From the human T2T-CHM13v2.0 reference genome, Homo sapiens, in the NCBI RefSeq assembly GCF_009914755.1, contig NC_060926.1: a DNA stretch of 64,000 bases; one strand, given 5' to 3'. The first letter of the stretch is position 1. The number at the start of each line of letters is the position of its first letter. The notes under the pieces were generated by a model, which searched no databases, was not told the origin of the DNA, and saw nothing but the letters and a program-made list of their open reading frames with translations. Shown here one piece after another: positions 35,120-48,502 of the stretch. Position numbers and translations under genes: made by a program.

Positions 35120-37000
35120 TTCATCTATTCATTAATTACACAAACATCTGTTGAGGGCCTATAATGTACCACACAGTATAGCAATATGGGGATCTGCAAA
35201 TGAATAAGGCACAATCCCTACCCTCAAGAAGCTCATAGTCTTCTAGGGGACACTAAGGAGTAATTAGAAAACAATTATGAAAGTGGATTATAGGCACACA
35301 GGAATGATAGAACCATCAATCCAGGAACTTAATTCACTCTGGGATGGGAGCATGGATGGGGACAGTTTCCTTGAAAAAGTGACACCTCCCTGGGTCTTAA
35401 AGAAGCAGCAGTCAGGTAGGCCAAAAGCAAAGAAGGACTGTCTAGAACCGAGCATTCAGCATTCAGCCAGCTTGCACGGAGACAAAAGGCTAGGACACAG
35501 CATGGCACACCCACAGGAACTAAAAGCACTGCTGTGCCCAAGTGGCCACTTCAAGGCAAGAATAGCAAATGATAGACATAGGAAAATAAGCACTAGTCAC
35601 ATCTTGGAAGCCACTGTAAACCGTGTTAGGGAATTGGAACTTTCTCCTGGAATTAATGGAGAGCTACCAAAGAATCTTAGTTAGATCAGCATCAGTGTCA
35701 GAGAGAATCTAAGGATCCACAGAACTGGAGGCAGGGAGGCCAACCCAGAGACTACTGCTGACACCCAAATGAGAGATGTTGGCAGTGGGAGCAGAAATAA
35801 AGAGATGGGTCAGACATGGTGGCTGACACCTATCATTCCAGCACTTGGGAGGCCAAGGTGGGTGGATCACTTCAGGCCAGGAGTTGGAGACCAGCCTGGG
35901 CAACATGGGAAAACCCCATCTCTACAAAAAAAAAAAAAAAAAAAAAATACAAAATTAGCCAGGTATGGTGCCATGCGCCCGTAGTCCCAGCTACTCTGGA
36001 GGCTGAGAAGTGGGAGGACCATTTGAGCCCAGGAGGTCAAGGCTACAGTGAGCCATGATTGCACCACTGCATTCCAGCCTGGGCAACAGAGCAAGACCCT
36101 GTCTCAAAAAAAAAAAAAAAATCTGTCCTTGCCAAAAAATAAAAATAAAAGAGAGAGAAATGAAGAGATTAACTTTAGAAATATTTATGAGGCAAATTAG
36201 GCAGGAGTTGGTGATTCAATGTGGGCAGTGAAAAAGAGGAAGGAATCAAGAATAACCTCCAAGTTTCTAGCGTGGGTGCCTAGGGGATTGTGATAGCCTT
36301 TTCATGTTAATTGATTATATCTTTCCTGTCACTTACAGCAATCTTTCTTCTTCATCTAATAAAATACTTTCATTATGAAATATGTTTCACAAATTCAACA
36401 AGTAAGAGAGCCTCCATCTGCCTATTTCCAATAGTTTAAGACTGATTTTGTATTTTCTGCCAGTGCCTCATAGTGGGTTAAATGCTATTTCTATTAATAA
36501 AGATAAAATATGTAGACTAGCAAATATAGAAGGAAAATCCAGTTCAGGAGGGAAGATGATTATTTTCAGTTGTGACACCTTGAGTTCAAGGCAACTTGCA
36601 GAGGTCCAAAGGTAGTTGACTATACAAGACTCAAGTGTGGGCAAAAATCTGGGTTGTAAACACAGATTTAAGTCTCATCAGGCCACAGAGGGTCACTAAA
36701 GTCATGAGAATGGTGAGACTATCCTGAGAGTGTCCAGAATGAGAAAAGCTGCTCAGGGCAGGGCTCTGAGCAACACCAATACTCAAGGGCTGAGTAGAAG
36801 AGGAAAATAAAATGGAATGACCAAAGCAGCTCAAAAGAGAGCCAGGACTGCTGGGAGTCATGGCAGCCAAGGGAGTGGTGTCAAGAAGGAGGAATGGTCT
36901 CCAGAGTCAAGTGCAATCTAAACGCCCATCCAGTGTGAGAAGGAAGGAAAAGTGCCCATTGGCAATCAGGAGTTATCTGGTAACTTTAGTGAATACAGAG
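35120..37000 (-). mobile_element. L2 LINE remnant interrupted by an AluJ and an unidentified repeat
   Basis: CATTCA-type end, TGAATAAGGCACAATCCCTACCCTCAAGAAGCTCATAGTC, GAACACCAATACTCAAGGG-like motifs. Confidence 0.65.
35808..36121 (+). mobile_element. AluJ inserted in an L2 fragment
   Basis: Full dimer with long central A linker. Confidence 0.92.
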
Positions 37001-37760
37001 GTGGCATATTTTGTTTGTGGTTAAAAGATATCTAATGGAGAATTTTTATATCATTAAAAATGGGAGAATTGCCTCATGAAATGTATAGTCATTTAAAATG
37101 ATATGCAATATTGTTTTAAAATGACTGCTATAAACTTATCTCCAGTCTCTTTTCCCAAGCAGTTGCCCTTAGTAGTTCCAATCCCCTCTGTAAAGTATTA
37201 TTATTAGCAAAGGGTCATCCACCACACATTGAATCGCAAAATAAAGCTCAGCTTTCTTCCCACTCTGTGAGAGGAGTAAGAGAAAATAGACTCAAAACTA
37301 TATAGCCTAAAGATGAACAACCCATCATTTATGCATTTAGTATCTATCTATTAAGAACCTCCTCTCTGCCTGAGAGAATGTCAGGCCTTCAGGATGCAAA
37401 TTTTGAGACTTGAGCAGCTTTTATGCAATCAAGAAAGGCCAATAGGATAAATATGGCAGAGCAAAAAAGTGAGAAAAAGCTGGATAATATTTCTGAGCTG
37501 GGAATTAATCAACCCTGGAACAACCCTATAGTTAGGCTTCTTATTATGTGAGATAATAAATCCCCTTTTTGTTTAACTTTTTTGAGTTGTGTTTTCTTTC
37601 CTTGCAGCCAAAAACATCCACAATGATACAAGAATGATTTTAAATTATACAAATATCTTTAATAGAGAAAGGAATGGAATGATACATGTGATAGACAAAT
37701 TGCTCATAGGTCGCCATCTTATATTTACCCAACATTACTTCTCATCTAAAATTATTTTCA

Positions 37761-38080
37761 GGCCAGTCATTGGGGGGGTCATGCCTATAATCCCAAAATT
37801 TTGGGAGGCCAAGGCAGGAGGATCACTTTAGCCCAGGATTTCAGACCAGCCTGGGCAACGTAACAAGATCGTGTCTCTACAAAAAATTTAAAAATTAGCT
37901 GGGCATGGTGGTGCACACCTATAGTCCCAGCTACTCAGGAGGCTTAAGCAGGAGGATTACCTGAGCCCCGGTGTTTGAGGCTGCAGTGAGCTGTGATCGC
38001 ACCACTGCACTCCAGCCTGGGTGAGAGAGTGAGACCCTGACTCTAAAAATAATAATAAAATTAAAATAAATAAAATAAAA
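37761..38080 (+). mobile_element. AluJ
   Basis: Full dimer; (TAAAA)n tail; flanking AAAATTATT repeat. Confidence 0.92.
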
Positions 38081-38645
38081 TTATTGTTAGACCTATTAAA
38101 ACAGTCTTTTCCAGTCTGATTCCAAAGAAATTAGAATTTAAAGGTTTTTTCCAGGTTACTGAACCAAACCCCCTCAACGTCCAGGGATGCCGCAGTTGCC
38201 AAGATCCGCTTCATCGCTACTATTTTCTTTCTTGTTCAAGCTCTCCCTATGGTGGCTGTGGCAGCAGTCACTGAAGTAACCACCAAGAAGCCCTCCAACA
38301 AACCTACCTACTTCCACTCAGTCAAAAAGAAGAGAATTTAATATTGGGGCAGAAGGAGTGGAAGGTTTGAATACAAAGTATGCCACAGAGCCAAAGGACT
38401 CATTCAGCTGTCAACCACACACATGAAGACACCCAGCTATACACTCCAATAAATATTTGGTTCCTTTCTTGAGCATAACATAATCAAAATTAAAGATTGG
38501 GAACCTATCTCACTTCCAAATTGCTGGGGTATATTCATAATTCTTCAGTACATCCGTACTTTCAACATCATCCAACCCCTGAATGAGATTGCTGGCATAG
38601 GTTCCCTTATGATTTAAGGCCCTGCTCCACATTTATAAAGAATCA

Positions 38646-38873
<228 letters not shown>

Positions 38874-39654
38874 TCATTATGGCAATCATCCTCCCCATTA
38901 TACTAGCAAGCAATGCTTGTTCCAGAAGAGTGTATCATGTAAACTCCTGCTCAATTTATTTGAAGGCAAATAGTAAACAACCCTTATACTAGAGTCTGTG
39001 GACGCCAGTCAGAGTTCACTGTCAAATAAGCTCAGCAACAGCATCACAACAAACTCATGAACCAAAGCAACTTAAAAACACAGAGAATAAAACAAACAGC
39101 ACACATACACACAAAAAAATTATGATAAAGGTATTAGATTAAAAGCTTCATTCAAGTAAACATTAACTGTGAGTTACTGTTAAACTATTTGTTTCATAAT
39201 AACTAATAGTAAAGTATCATGATGAACTGGAAAATTCATGAGATTTGGGAAAGAAAACCCAAAATCAAATAATTATTATTTCCATGATTTACTTCCTTTA
39301 AGATCTTTGGCAGGTTCTCTGAACCTCAATGTATGCATCATAAAATGGGGACTATACTCATCTCACTGTTTGTTGTGAAAAATAAGTTAAATAATGTATG
39401 TGAAAGCGCCATGTAATGTTACTTGCTATCACTATCGTCATTGATATTGTTGTTATTGTTATTATTTTTACAGGTCAATAAAATATAATACAGGTAACAA
39501 TCTCTGAAGAGCTGTTGGCATAGCTGTTCACTTATTCCTTTACCCCAGATACACTGCCCTTGCCTTTTTGCTTTTATTGTTTAATCAAAATGAACTCAGT
39601 AAGCCCAGAGGAGGCAAATAGTTAGCACATGATTGTGTCTCTACAAATATAGTT

Positions 39655-39819
39655 TAGTCCCTTGTTCAAAGTGCAGTCCACAAACTAGCAGCATCAACAT
39701 CATCAGGAAGTTTATAGAAACGCAGAAGCTGAGGTCCCACCTCAAAATATGGAATCTAAATTTGCACTTTAATGAGCTCCTGGGTGATCCATTTGTGCAT
39801 GAGTATTTGAGGAGCACTG
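39655..39819. mobile_element. MER5A/B-like hAT fossil
   Basis: TTCAAAGTG...CAGCATCAACATCA...GGTGATCC...TTTGAGGAGCACTG. Confidence 0.7.
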
Positions 39820-40738
39820 TACAGAACCCCATCCTTACCCTTCCTCCCATTTTCAAATGCGTTGTCATCTAAATGACACACCAAAGTTTGACTGCTATGG
39901 TATGCCATAACATGGCCAACAATTCAAAACAAAAATTTTTCACCTGCTTTCCTGATTTTTGAAAGATAACCCTCATTAGTTCACCTGCTGGGATGAAGGA
40001 AATTGCAGATGTATGATTGATCACCTATGGGAAGTTGGGAAGAGCAATGGGATCTGTGCATAGACTTACCAACTGTAAGAACTTTAATAAATGACTTAAC
40101 TTCTCCGAGTCTCAATTTACTAATCTGAAACCGACCTCAGAAGATTAGTGAGAAAACTAAATGACAAAATGAATGTGAAAGTCATTTTATAATTAATTAG
40201 ATTTGAAGTTTACTACATTATCGTATTTTTCAAATTTTTTAAAACTAGAATTTTTAAAAAACATAAATCACACTAACCAATTCTGTGATTTCTTTATGGT
40301 AATTGACACAAGTTATTCTACATCCTTTACATAAAAATGGACTCCTCTTTGACTTACAAATCACAGTAGTTCAGATAACATTATTTTTTGTTTGTTCTTG
40401 TGGGTACACAAAATTTACAGAGTGAATATTAGAAATAATCACCTACAGACTCCAGAAAACTGCACCCAAATATGTTTCCATATCAAAGTTGTGGTCAAGG
40501 GATAAGGGTGAGATAGAAACTGATGCTCTATCATCAATGTGAATTGAACCCCTACCTCAGAAGGGAGTGAAATTATTGTTAATGCCATCAGTTCTCTATT
40601 CAACCACACAGATCTCAAAAGACTTGGGCCCAGACCTGGCTCTGTCACTAAAAGGCATAGCTCTTCTCTTTGTTACAGCTGAAATCACCAGGAAGCACTT
40701 AGGTTACTCAAAATAGAACTTAGCCTGGCCCCTCCTCA

Positions 40739-40897
<159 letters not shown>

Positions 40898-40899
40898 TT

Positions 40900-41560
40900 A
40901 ACCGAAGAAATATAAATTTTTGATAAAATGAAAAATTATTCAACTAATTAGATAATCAAAGAAATGCAAATTAGAAAATTAGGTAAACATTCTCCCAATG
41001 ATAATATAAAAATATTTATTTGAACATCCGTGGGAAGAAAGTGATTTTCATACACAGTTGATTAGTGTGTATCTTGATGGAACTCATTGGGAAAGCAGTT
41101 TGACAACACGTATCTTGCTTTTTAAAAATACTTGATCTTTAATTTAGTACTTTTACTTCAAGGATTTTTTTCCTAAGGAACTAATCAAAGAAGTAGACAA
41201 AGATTTATGTATAAAGATTTTCATCGCAACATTATTTATAACAAAGGAAGTTGCAAACCTCCTAAATGTCCAACAATAAAAGGATTAAATTTGTTTACAT
41301 CTTTATATTGACATATTAGTAACTTAAAAAATGGTTATGGAGAAATTCTAAGTACTTAGAGAAATACTTATAATTTAATGTAACAAAAACAAGGACGTAA
41401 ATTTTTACTGATAACAGAGTTACATATGCAAAAAAAAAAAAAGCGTAAAAAAGACCAGAATGTTAACAGTGGTTATCTCTGATTGATAACATCGTGAGTA
41501 ACTTTTCATTTGCTTGACTATACTTTCTTGAGTTCCTCACCTTATTTTTTAAGTGATTTT
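40900..41560 (+). mobile_element. Old L1M (ME/MC-type) 3' fragment
   Basis: ATAATCAAAGAAATGCAAATTA...TTGGGAAAGCAGTTTG...ACCTCCTAAATGTCCAACAATA...TGTTAACAGTGGTTATCTCTG. Confidence 0.65.
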
Positions 41561-44019
41561 TTATTACTAAATCATATATAGCAAGTTATGGCCTTTCATT
41601 CTTAGATTCAGACTAATATTTTGTCTTAATTTTTAAAAATTAAATTATAACTTGCCAGATCTATAAGCTCATCTCTGCAAACAATTTTTTTTAAACCAAA
41701 GAGCCAAAAACAAAACAAAACAAAATCTCTGCAGCCAACAAGAGTATACAAACTTGACACCAAAAGTTGACACCCCAAGTGGCAGTGATAGTCCCTAGTG
41801 ATACTGGAAGGACAATATAACTTAAACAAGCTCACTTCACTGAACTAATATATCCTGTGATTTTCCTAGGTCTCCCCAAGGGACAAAGTTCCCCAAATAC
41901 CTGGCCAGTGACCTTCCCAAGCATTATGTGCCACATAGAAAAATTTTTCAAAGAAAGCAGCCACTACCAGCCCCACTTAGAGAAGACTCAAAATTATTTT
42001 ATTCTTTCACAAACCCAAGGGATAAAGGAGAAATTTTTGCAGTTGGAAGAATAATTATATCTTCCCCATGTATTTAAGCAATCATGCTAAATTACCCATT
42101 TCAATTTTTGGCTAATTAACCAAAATTAGGTAAATATACAGATCAAGTACCTACTCCTAAAATAAATAAGCAATGTGCTATCCTGATTTGTGTAAATGCA
42201 GGCATATCAACAGCATGACATAAACATAGTTAAGTGATCTATTTCTAGGGTATATAGGCTACTTTGTTCATGGAATGTTCAAATCTGATTGTCTGGTAGT
42301 GACATCCTGATTTATAATGTATGCTGCAAATGGTCAGAAACTTCGCTTGGCTAAATGGTGGTACCGAGTGGTACAGGAGTACGTACACCCAAATACCTTC
42401 TATAGACTAATGCATGATGGTGGTTGGTGGTGCAGGTCTGGGGTTGGTGGTGCAGGTCTCTTATCAACTACCTTTAAAACACAACAACCTCCCTTGCAAA
42501 AATGCCCCTAAGGAATGTACAAATTCACTCTGGAATCCCAGAACTTCTCATTGGATTTTGTTCTACAAAGCAATATTTCCATGGGAGATTAGGGGCTTTG
42601 GAGGTTTAGCTATTAACACAACATATATTAAATCACTTTTATCAATTAGGTCTATTGTTAGTAATCCAACATAATACATTTGTAAGTTCAGTACATTTGT
42701 CTCCCTTAGTATCTGAGGTTGTAAAGGTAGTATCTTCTGGTTGAAAAATTATAACAATCATAAAGAACAGTCCTCTTACAGACAGTTTCATATTGCTATG
42801 GAGAAAAGAAAAATATAAATTTAGAGACTGAGTATTTAGGAGGAAATTATCAGAACAATATATATTGCCTGTTTTGAAAATATATATAATTAATGCTATT
42901 TCTTAAGCAACTTTTATTACAAGTCCCATTTTTGAGGAGTGGGGTGGGGGGATTTGTTTGTTTTTGCCAAACTAAAATACCAAGTTAAACACATCATGAA
43001 AAGAACACAAAATAGAGACCCAAAAGTCATTTTATAAAACACTTCAAAGTCAATTATTTAAAATCACACATATGAAAAATGAAACTGATGGGGAAATGTT
43101 GCAATTAAGTAATTTTTATAGGTAGTGATTTTCACACTTGATCTCCTCACTCCATTATCTAATATATCAAATCCAATTTACTCAATTTATCAACAGATCT
43201 ATAATTCATTTGTCAAATTCACCTTTTCAGTAGTAACTTCGATGCCTGTTTATAACTCCCAAACGACTATTGTTTGGAAATATCTCTCCAGAAAAAACAA
43301 ACTGATACTTTATCATTGCTGGGTGACCTCTCAGCCATCAGCCAAAATGCTTCACTGGCCTCAGAAGCTCATTCTCTCATAAAGGGAATATGTGTTGTTT
43401 AAAAATAAACCAAAAATAAACCACTAGTGAAAAGGTCTAGATTAGGTCTAATAACAATTGCAGGTGCCCCTTACTTCAATTAGTCTATATGCAATTTATT
43501 TTGAGTGTTTTGTTTTAAATAAGTAGCCTTTACTCACAAGCCCTCCAAAAGTTTTATCTAGATATTATCTACATTTTGTTATTTATTTGAAGATTTAAAA
43601 AAAAAAAAAGCTAAGGGGATGATTTCATACATTGGAGCCACCCACAGGGAGAAAAAAAAAATCTACATAGAGCCAGCTTTAAAACTTTGTTCAGAAAATA
43701 GTCTCAAAACTGCCACATTCAACCAATCCAGTTTTAGCCAAGAAGTAATCTTGCAAATAATCATTTATGTAACTTTAAAACATTCTCCAGGAGCCTCTCT
43801 GGTTTGGGGGCTGCCTGATTAAAAAAAAAAAAAATCCCTCTAGTAAAAACCAAGGAGGAAAGGAGGAAAATACAATCCACATTGAAATAAAAACCTTTTG
43901 TTAAGAACCAGGCAATCATCACAAAGGAACCATCGGAACCAAATGAACACCCTATCTCTCCAGCACTAGCCCCTGTCTGTCCCATCAATCAGAATAGATG
44001 GTGCAAAGATGAAAAGAAG

Positions 44020-44260
44020 TACTCATATAGCACTTAAATGGCACACACCATTCTAAGTGCTCTGCCAACATTAGCTCATTTAATCCTCATAATAACCCTA
44101 TGAAATAGATACTGTTATTATGAATATTTTACAAATAAATAAATTGAAGCACAGAGCAATTCGGTAACTTGCCCAAGATCCAACAGCAAATATGTGCAAA
44201 GCAAGGATTTGAATCTGACAGCTCTGATTCCAGCATTCGTGCTACTTGACCACTACTCTA
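44020..44260 (-). mobile_element. MIR SINE
   Basis: CTCATTTAATCCTCATAATAACCCTATGA...TTTTACA...GTAACTTGCCCAAGAT core. Confidence 0.8.
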
Positions 44261-46092
44261 TGTTCCCTTTCACCAAAAAAAAAAGTTTATTCCACTAAAC
44301 TCAAGAATGAATGTAAAAATCTGATTTTTTTCCCCCAAAGCTGCTCTCAATTAACATTAATTGAGTTCATTATTGGGCTGGCATAGAATCCATAGTGCTT
44401 ATATACTTCAGTTGGAGAAAAAGAGTAGTTTACTTGGTGACTAACATAGCATTAAAAAATTATTGGGCTTAGGAAAAATTGCAGCAATTGAAAGCAATGC
44501 AAAAAAAATTTAAGCGTTTTGAAATCGGTAGTAAAATTTTATTAGACATAGGAATAAACTTGTTTTCCAACCTCATAAAGAGCCCAAAGCTAGGGGAAAA
44601 AAAAAAAAAAGAGTAATCCTTTCTTCATAAGTAGCCATATCCCAAGCTTCCTGGGTAAGTGTTGGACTAAGAATGTGTTAAGATAAGATATTAGAGTAAC
44701 AGATAGCGCCCAGAGAAGAGAAGTCATTTGCCTGTTTGTTTTCCACAGCAAGGAACAACGCTGGATTGAGAGCATTCCTCTGTGTCATTTACAGCCTCTG
44801 GCACAGCACCGGGTGCTTATGGAATAGCTAATGCATGTTCGTCAGGAAGTGTAGAATTCTCTTTGTAAAACTCAGCCTGCTGAGACCATTATATATCAGA
44901 GATATAGAAAGCTATCAGAGCAAACAATGAGACTTTAAATAGAAATTTACCATCTTAAATCCATAGAAAGAAAAATGGAATCTGGAATAATCTGAAAAAA
45001 GGGGAATATCTAGAAGTTTTTTTCAAAAAAAAAAAAAAAGAAAGAAAAAAACATTGAGTCATATTAATAGCAGTTTCATTCTTTTACCCGTTCCTTGTAA
45101 GTTTCTTTCTCCTTCCATAAATTCTATTCTTATAAGACAAAGACAAGTGGTAGTCAATGGAACATTGTCCAAAGTTAACAGAGTAAGGTAATTTCTGTGG
45201 CAAATCCTATTTCCCCGCTAGATCCTCTTAACACATGCTGGTCCTTCCAAACACTTGGTCTACCTGAGGAGGTACAGTCCTCTTTTTAAAAATTTGTATG
45301 AGTAAATCACATTTTAATAGTTCCACCTTCACTGAACTCAAAGAAACAAACAAATTTAAGAGGCAATTCCTTAACTTATCCATAATTTTTGCTTCACTTT
45401 TTCTATACTTAATTTTGATTCCTTTGGTATGGATAGACATCCTTCTGATATTCATAAGTTGGCTGACAGTTCACTACAATTCCCATACCTTGCCCACATA
45501 AACAAGGCCAGTCCCCTTTTGAAGATTTAGAGTCACCTGCTTATTTCCAAAACTTTACACTATAGTGATGATAGCCAAGGGTAACAAATTGTATGGAGCA
45601 CTCTACCCTGTCTAGTGTCAAATTGATAGAATAGTCAAGGATTCAGTTAATGAAACTGAAACAAGACAGGAACAGCAAACCAACCTGCTAGTCTCTTTCT
45701 GTGCAACATTTTAACTGTCTGGTTTTCCTTACAGATCATCAAATAGGTGGCAGGAATTCTTTTGGGTTTTTTTTTTAATCCAGTTTACAAACCACTGAAT
45801 AGACTGCTTTGTCCCAATTATTGATTCAGAGCCCTGATGTTTTCTTAGAGCAAAACAATACTATAAGGACATTTCAAGAAGTCAAAGATTTGGGGACAAA
45901 ACCCACAATGCAAATTGATGCATTATCATGTAGACACATCATTTAAGTGCAAAAATAAATGAATAAATAAATAAGGACCAAAAGAATATGATGCCAGATT
46001 CACTAAAGCCACAAATAAATTCATAACTACTATATGCAATTGTCCTAGGATCAGTGGAAGAAAAAAGAAAAATAAGATATGGTCCTTTTTTG

Positions 46093-48502
46093 CTCTGCCT
46101 CTCCCTCTCCCTCTCCCTCTCCCTCTCCCTCTCCCTCTCCCTCTCCCTCTCCCTCTCCCTCTCCCTCCCCCTCTCCCCTCTCCCCTCTCCCCTCTCCCCT
46201 CTCCCCTCTCCCCTCTCCCTCTCGGTCTCCCTCTCCCTCTCTTTCCACGGTCTCCCTCTGATGCCGAGCCGAAGCTGGACTGTACTGCTGCCATCTCGGC
46301 TCACTGCAACCTCCCTGCCTGATTCTCCTGCCTCAGCCTGCCGAGTGCCTGCGATTGCAGGCGCGCGCCACCACGCCTGACTGGTTTTCGTACTTTTTTG
46401 GTGGAGACGGGGTTTCACTGTGTTGGCCGGGCTGGTCTCCAGCTCCTAACCGCGAGTGATCCGCCAGCCTTGGCCTCCCGAGGTGCCGGGATTGCAGACG
46501 GAGTCTGGTTCACTCAGTGCTCAATGGTGCCCAGGCTGGAGTACAGTGGCGTGATCTCAGCTCGCTACAACCTCCATCTCCCAGCCGCCTGCCTTGGCCT
46601 CCCAAAGTGCCGAGATTGCAGCCTCTGCCCGGCCACCACCCCGTCTGGGAAGTGAGGAGCGTCTCTGCCTGGCCGCCCATCGTCTGGGACGTGAGGAGCC
46701 CCTCTGCCTGGCTGCCCAGTCTGGAAAGTGAGGAGCGTCTCTGCCCGGCCGCCATCCCGTCTAGGAAGTGAGGAGCGCCTCTTCCCGGCAGCCATCCCAT
46801 CTGGGAAGTGAGGAGCGTCTCTGCCCGGCCGCCCATCGTCTGAGATGTGGGGAGCGCCTCTGCCCCGCCGCCCCGTCTGGGATGTGAGGAGTGCCTCTGC
46901 CCGGCGGCGACCCCGTCTGGGAGGTGAGGAGCGTCTCTGCCCAGCCGCCCCGTCTGAGAAGTGAGGAGACCCTCCACCCAGCATCCCCCCATCTGAGAAG
47001 TGAGGAGCCCCTCCGCCCGGCAGCCACCCCGTCTGGGAAGTGAGGAGCGTCTCCGCCCGGCAGCCGCCCAGTCCGGGAGGGAGGTGGGGGGGTCAGCCCC
47101 CCGCCCGGCCAGCCGCCCCATCCGGGAGGGAGGTGGGGGGGTCAGCCCCCCGCCCGGCCAGCCGCCCCGTCCAGGAGGGAGGTGGGGGGGTCAGCCCCCC
47201 GCCTGGCCAGCCGCCCCATCCGGGAGGGAGGTGGGGGGGTCAGCCCCACGTCCGGGAGGGAGGTGGGGGGGGTCAGCCCCCCGCCCGGCCAGCCGCCCCG
47301 TCTGGGAGGGAGGTGGGGTCAGCCCCCCGCCCGGCCAGCCGCCCCATCCGGGAGGTGAGGGGCGCCTCTGCCCAGCCGCCCCTACTGGGAAGTGAGGAGC
47401 CCCTCTGCCGGGCCAGCCACCCCGTCCGGGAGGGAGGTGGGGGGATCAGCACCCCGCCCGGCCAGCCGCCCCGTCCGGGAGGGAGGTGGGGGGGTCAGCC
47501 CCCCGCCCGGCCAGCCGCCCCGTCCGGGAGGGAGGTGGGGTCAGCCCCCCGCCCGGCCAGCCGCCCCATCCGGGAGGTGAGGGGCGCCTCTGCCCAGCTG
47601 CCCCTACTGGGAAGTGAGGAGCCCCTCTGCCGGGCCAGCCACCCCGTCCGGGAGGGAGGTGGGGGGCTCAGCCCCCCTCCCGGCCAGCCGACCCATCCGG
47701 GAGGGAGGTGGGGGGATCAGCACCCCGCCCGGCCAGCCGCCCCGTCCGGGAGGGAGGTGGGGGGGTCAGCCCCCCGCCCGGCCAGCCGCCCCGTCTGGGA
47801 GGTGAGGGGCGCCTCTGCCCGGCCGCCCCTACTGGGAAGTGAGGAGCCCCTCTGCCCAGCCAGCCGCCCCGTCCGGGAGGGAGGTGGGGGGGTCAGCCCC
47901 CCGCCCGGCCAGACGCCCCGTCCGGGAGGGAGGTGGGGGGGTCAGCCCCCCGCCCGGCCAGCCGCCCCGTCCAGGAGGGAGGTGGGGGCGTCAGCCCCAC
48001 GTCCGGGAGGGAGGTGGGGGGGGGTCAGCCCCCTGCCCGGCCAGCCGCCCCGTCCGGGAGGGAGGTGGGGTCAGCCCCCCGCCCAGCCAGCCGCCCCGTC
48101 CAGGAGGTGAGGGGCGCCTCTGCCCAGCCGCCCCTACTGGGAAGTGAGGAGCCCCTCTGCCGGGCCAGCCGCCCCGTCCGGGAGGGAGGTGGGGGGGTCA
48201 GCGCCCCGCCCGGCCAGCCGCCCCGTCCGGGAGGGAGGTGGGGGGGTCAGCCCCCCGCCCGGCCAGACGCCCCGTCCGGGAGGGAGGTGGGGGGGTCAGC
48301 CCCCCACCCGGCCAGCCGCCCCGTCCGGGAGGTGAGGGGCGCCTCTGCCCGGCCACCCCTACTAGGAAGTGAGGAGCCCCTCTGCCCAGCCACCACCTCG
48401 TCTGGGAGGTGTACCCAACAGCTCATTGAGAACGGGCCGGGATAAAAAAAAAAAGAAAAAAAAAAAAAGAAAAAAAAAGAAATAAATAAATAAATAAATA
48501 AA
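46093..48502 (+). mobile_element. SVA retrotransposon (D/E/F-type VNTR) lacking nearly all SINE-R, antisense to LRP2
   Basis: (CCCTCT)n head 46093-46240; antisense Alu-like domain ~46250-46620; GC-rich VNTR ~46620-48410; SINE-R start ...CAGCTCATTGAGAACGGGCCGGGAT followed by poly(A); TSD AAGATATGGTCCTTTTTTG at 46074-46092 and 48503-48521. Confidence 0.97.

Noticed and set aside
46620-48410. Repeat array superficially resembling CRISPR or a CpG-island promoter
   Set aside because: It is an SVA VNTR with no unique spacers in a eukaryotic context; the LRP2 exon 1 promoter is outside the window
46398-48445. Long GC-rich ORFs (up to 356 aa) on both strands
   Set aside because: They are translations of the stop-poor SVA Alu-like and VNTR domains, not genes
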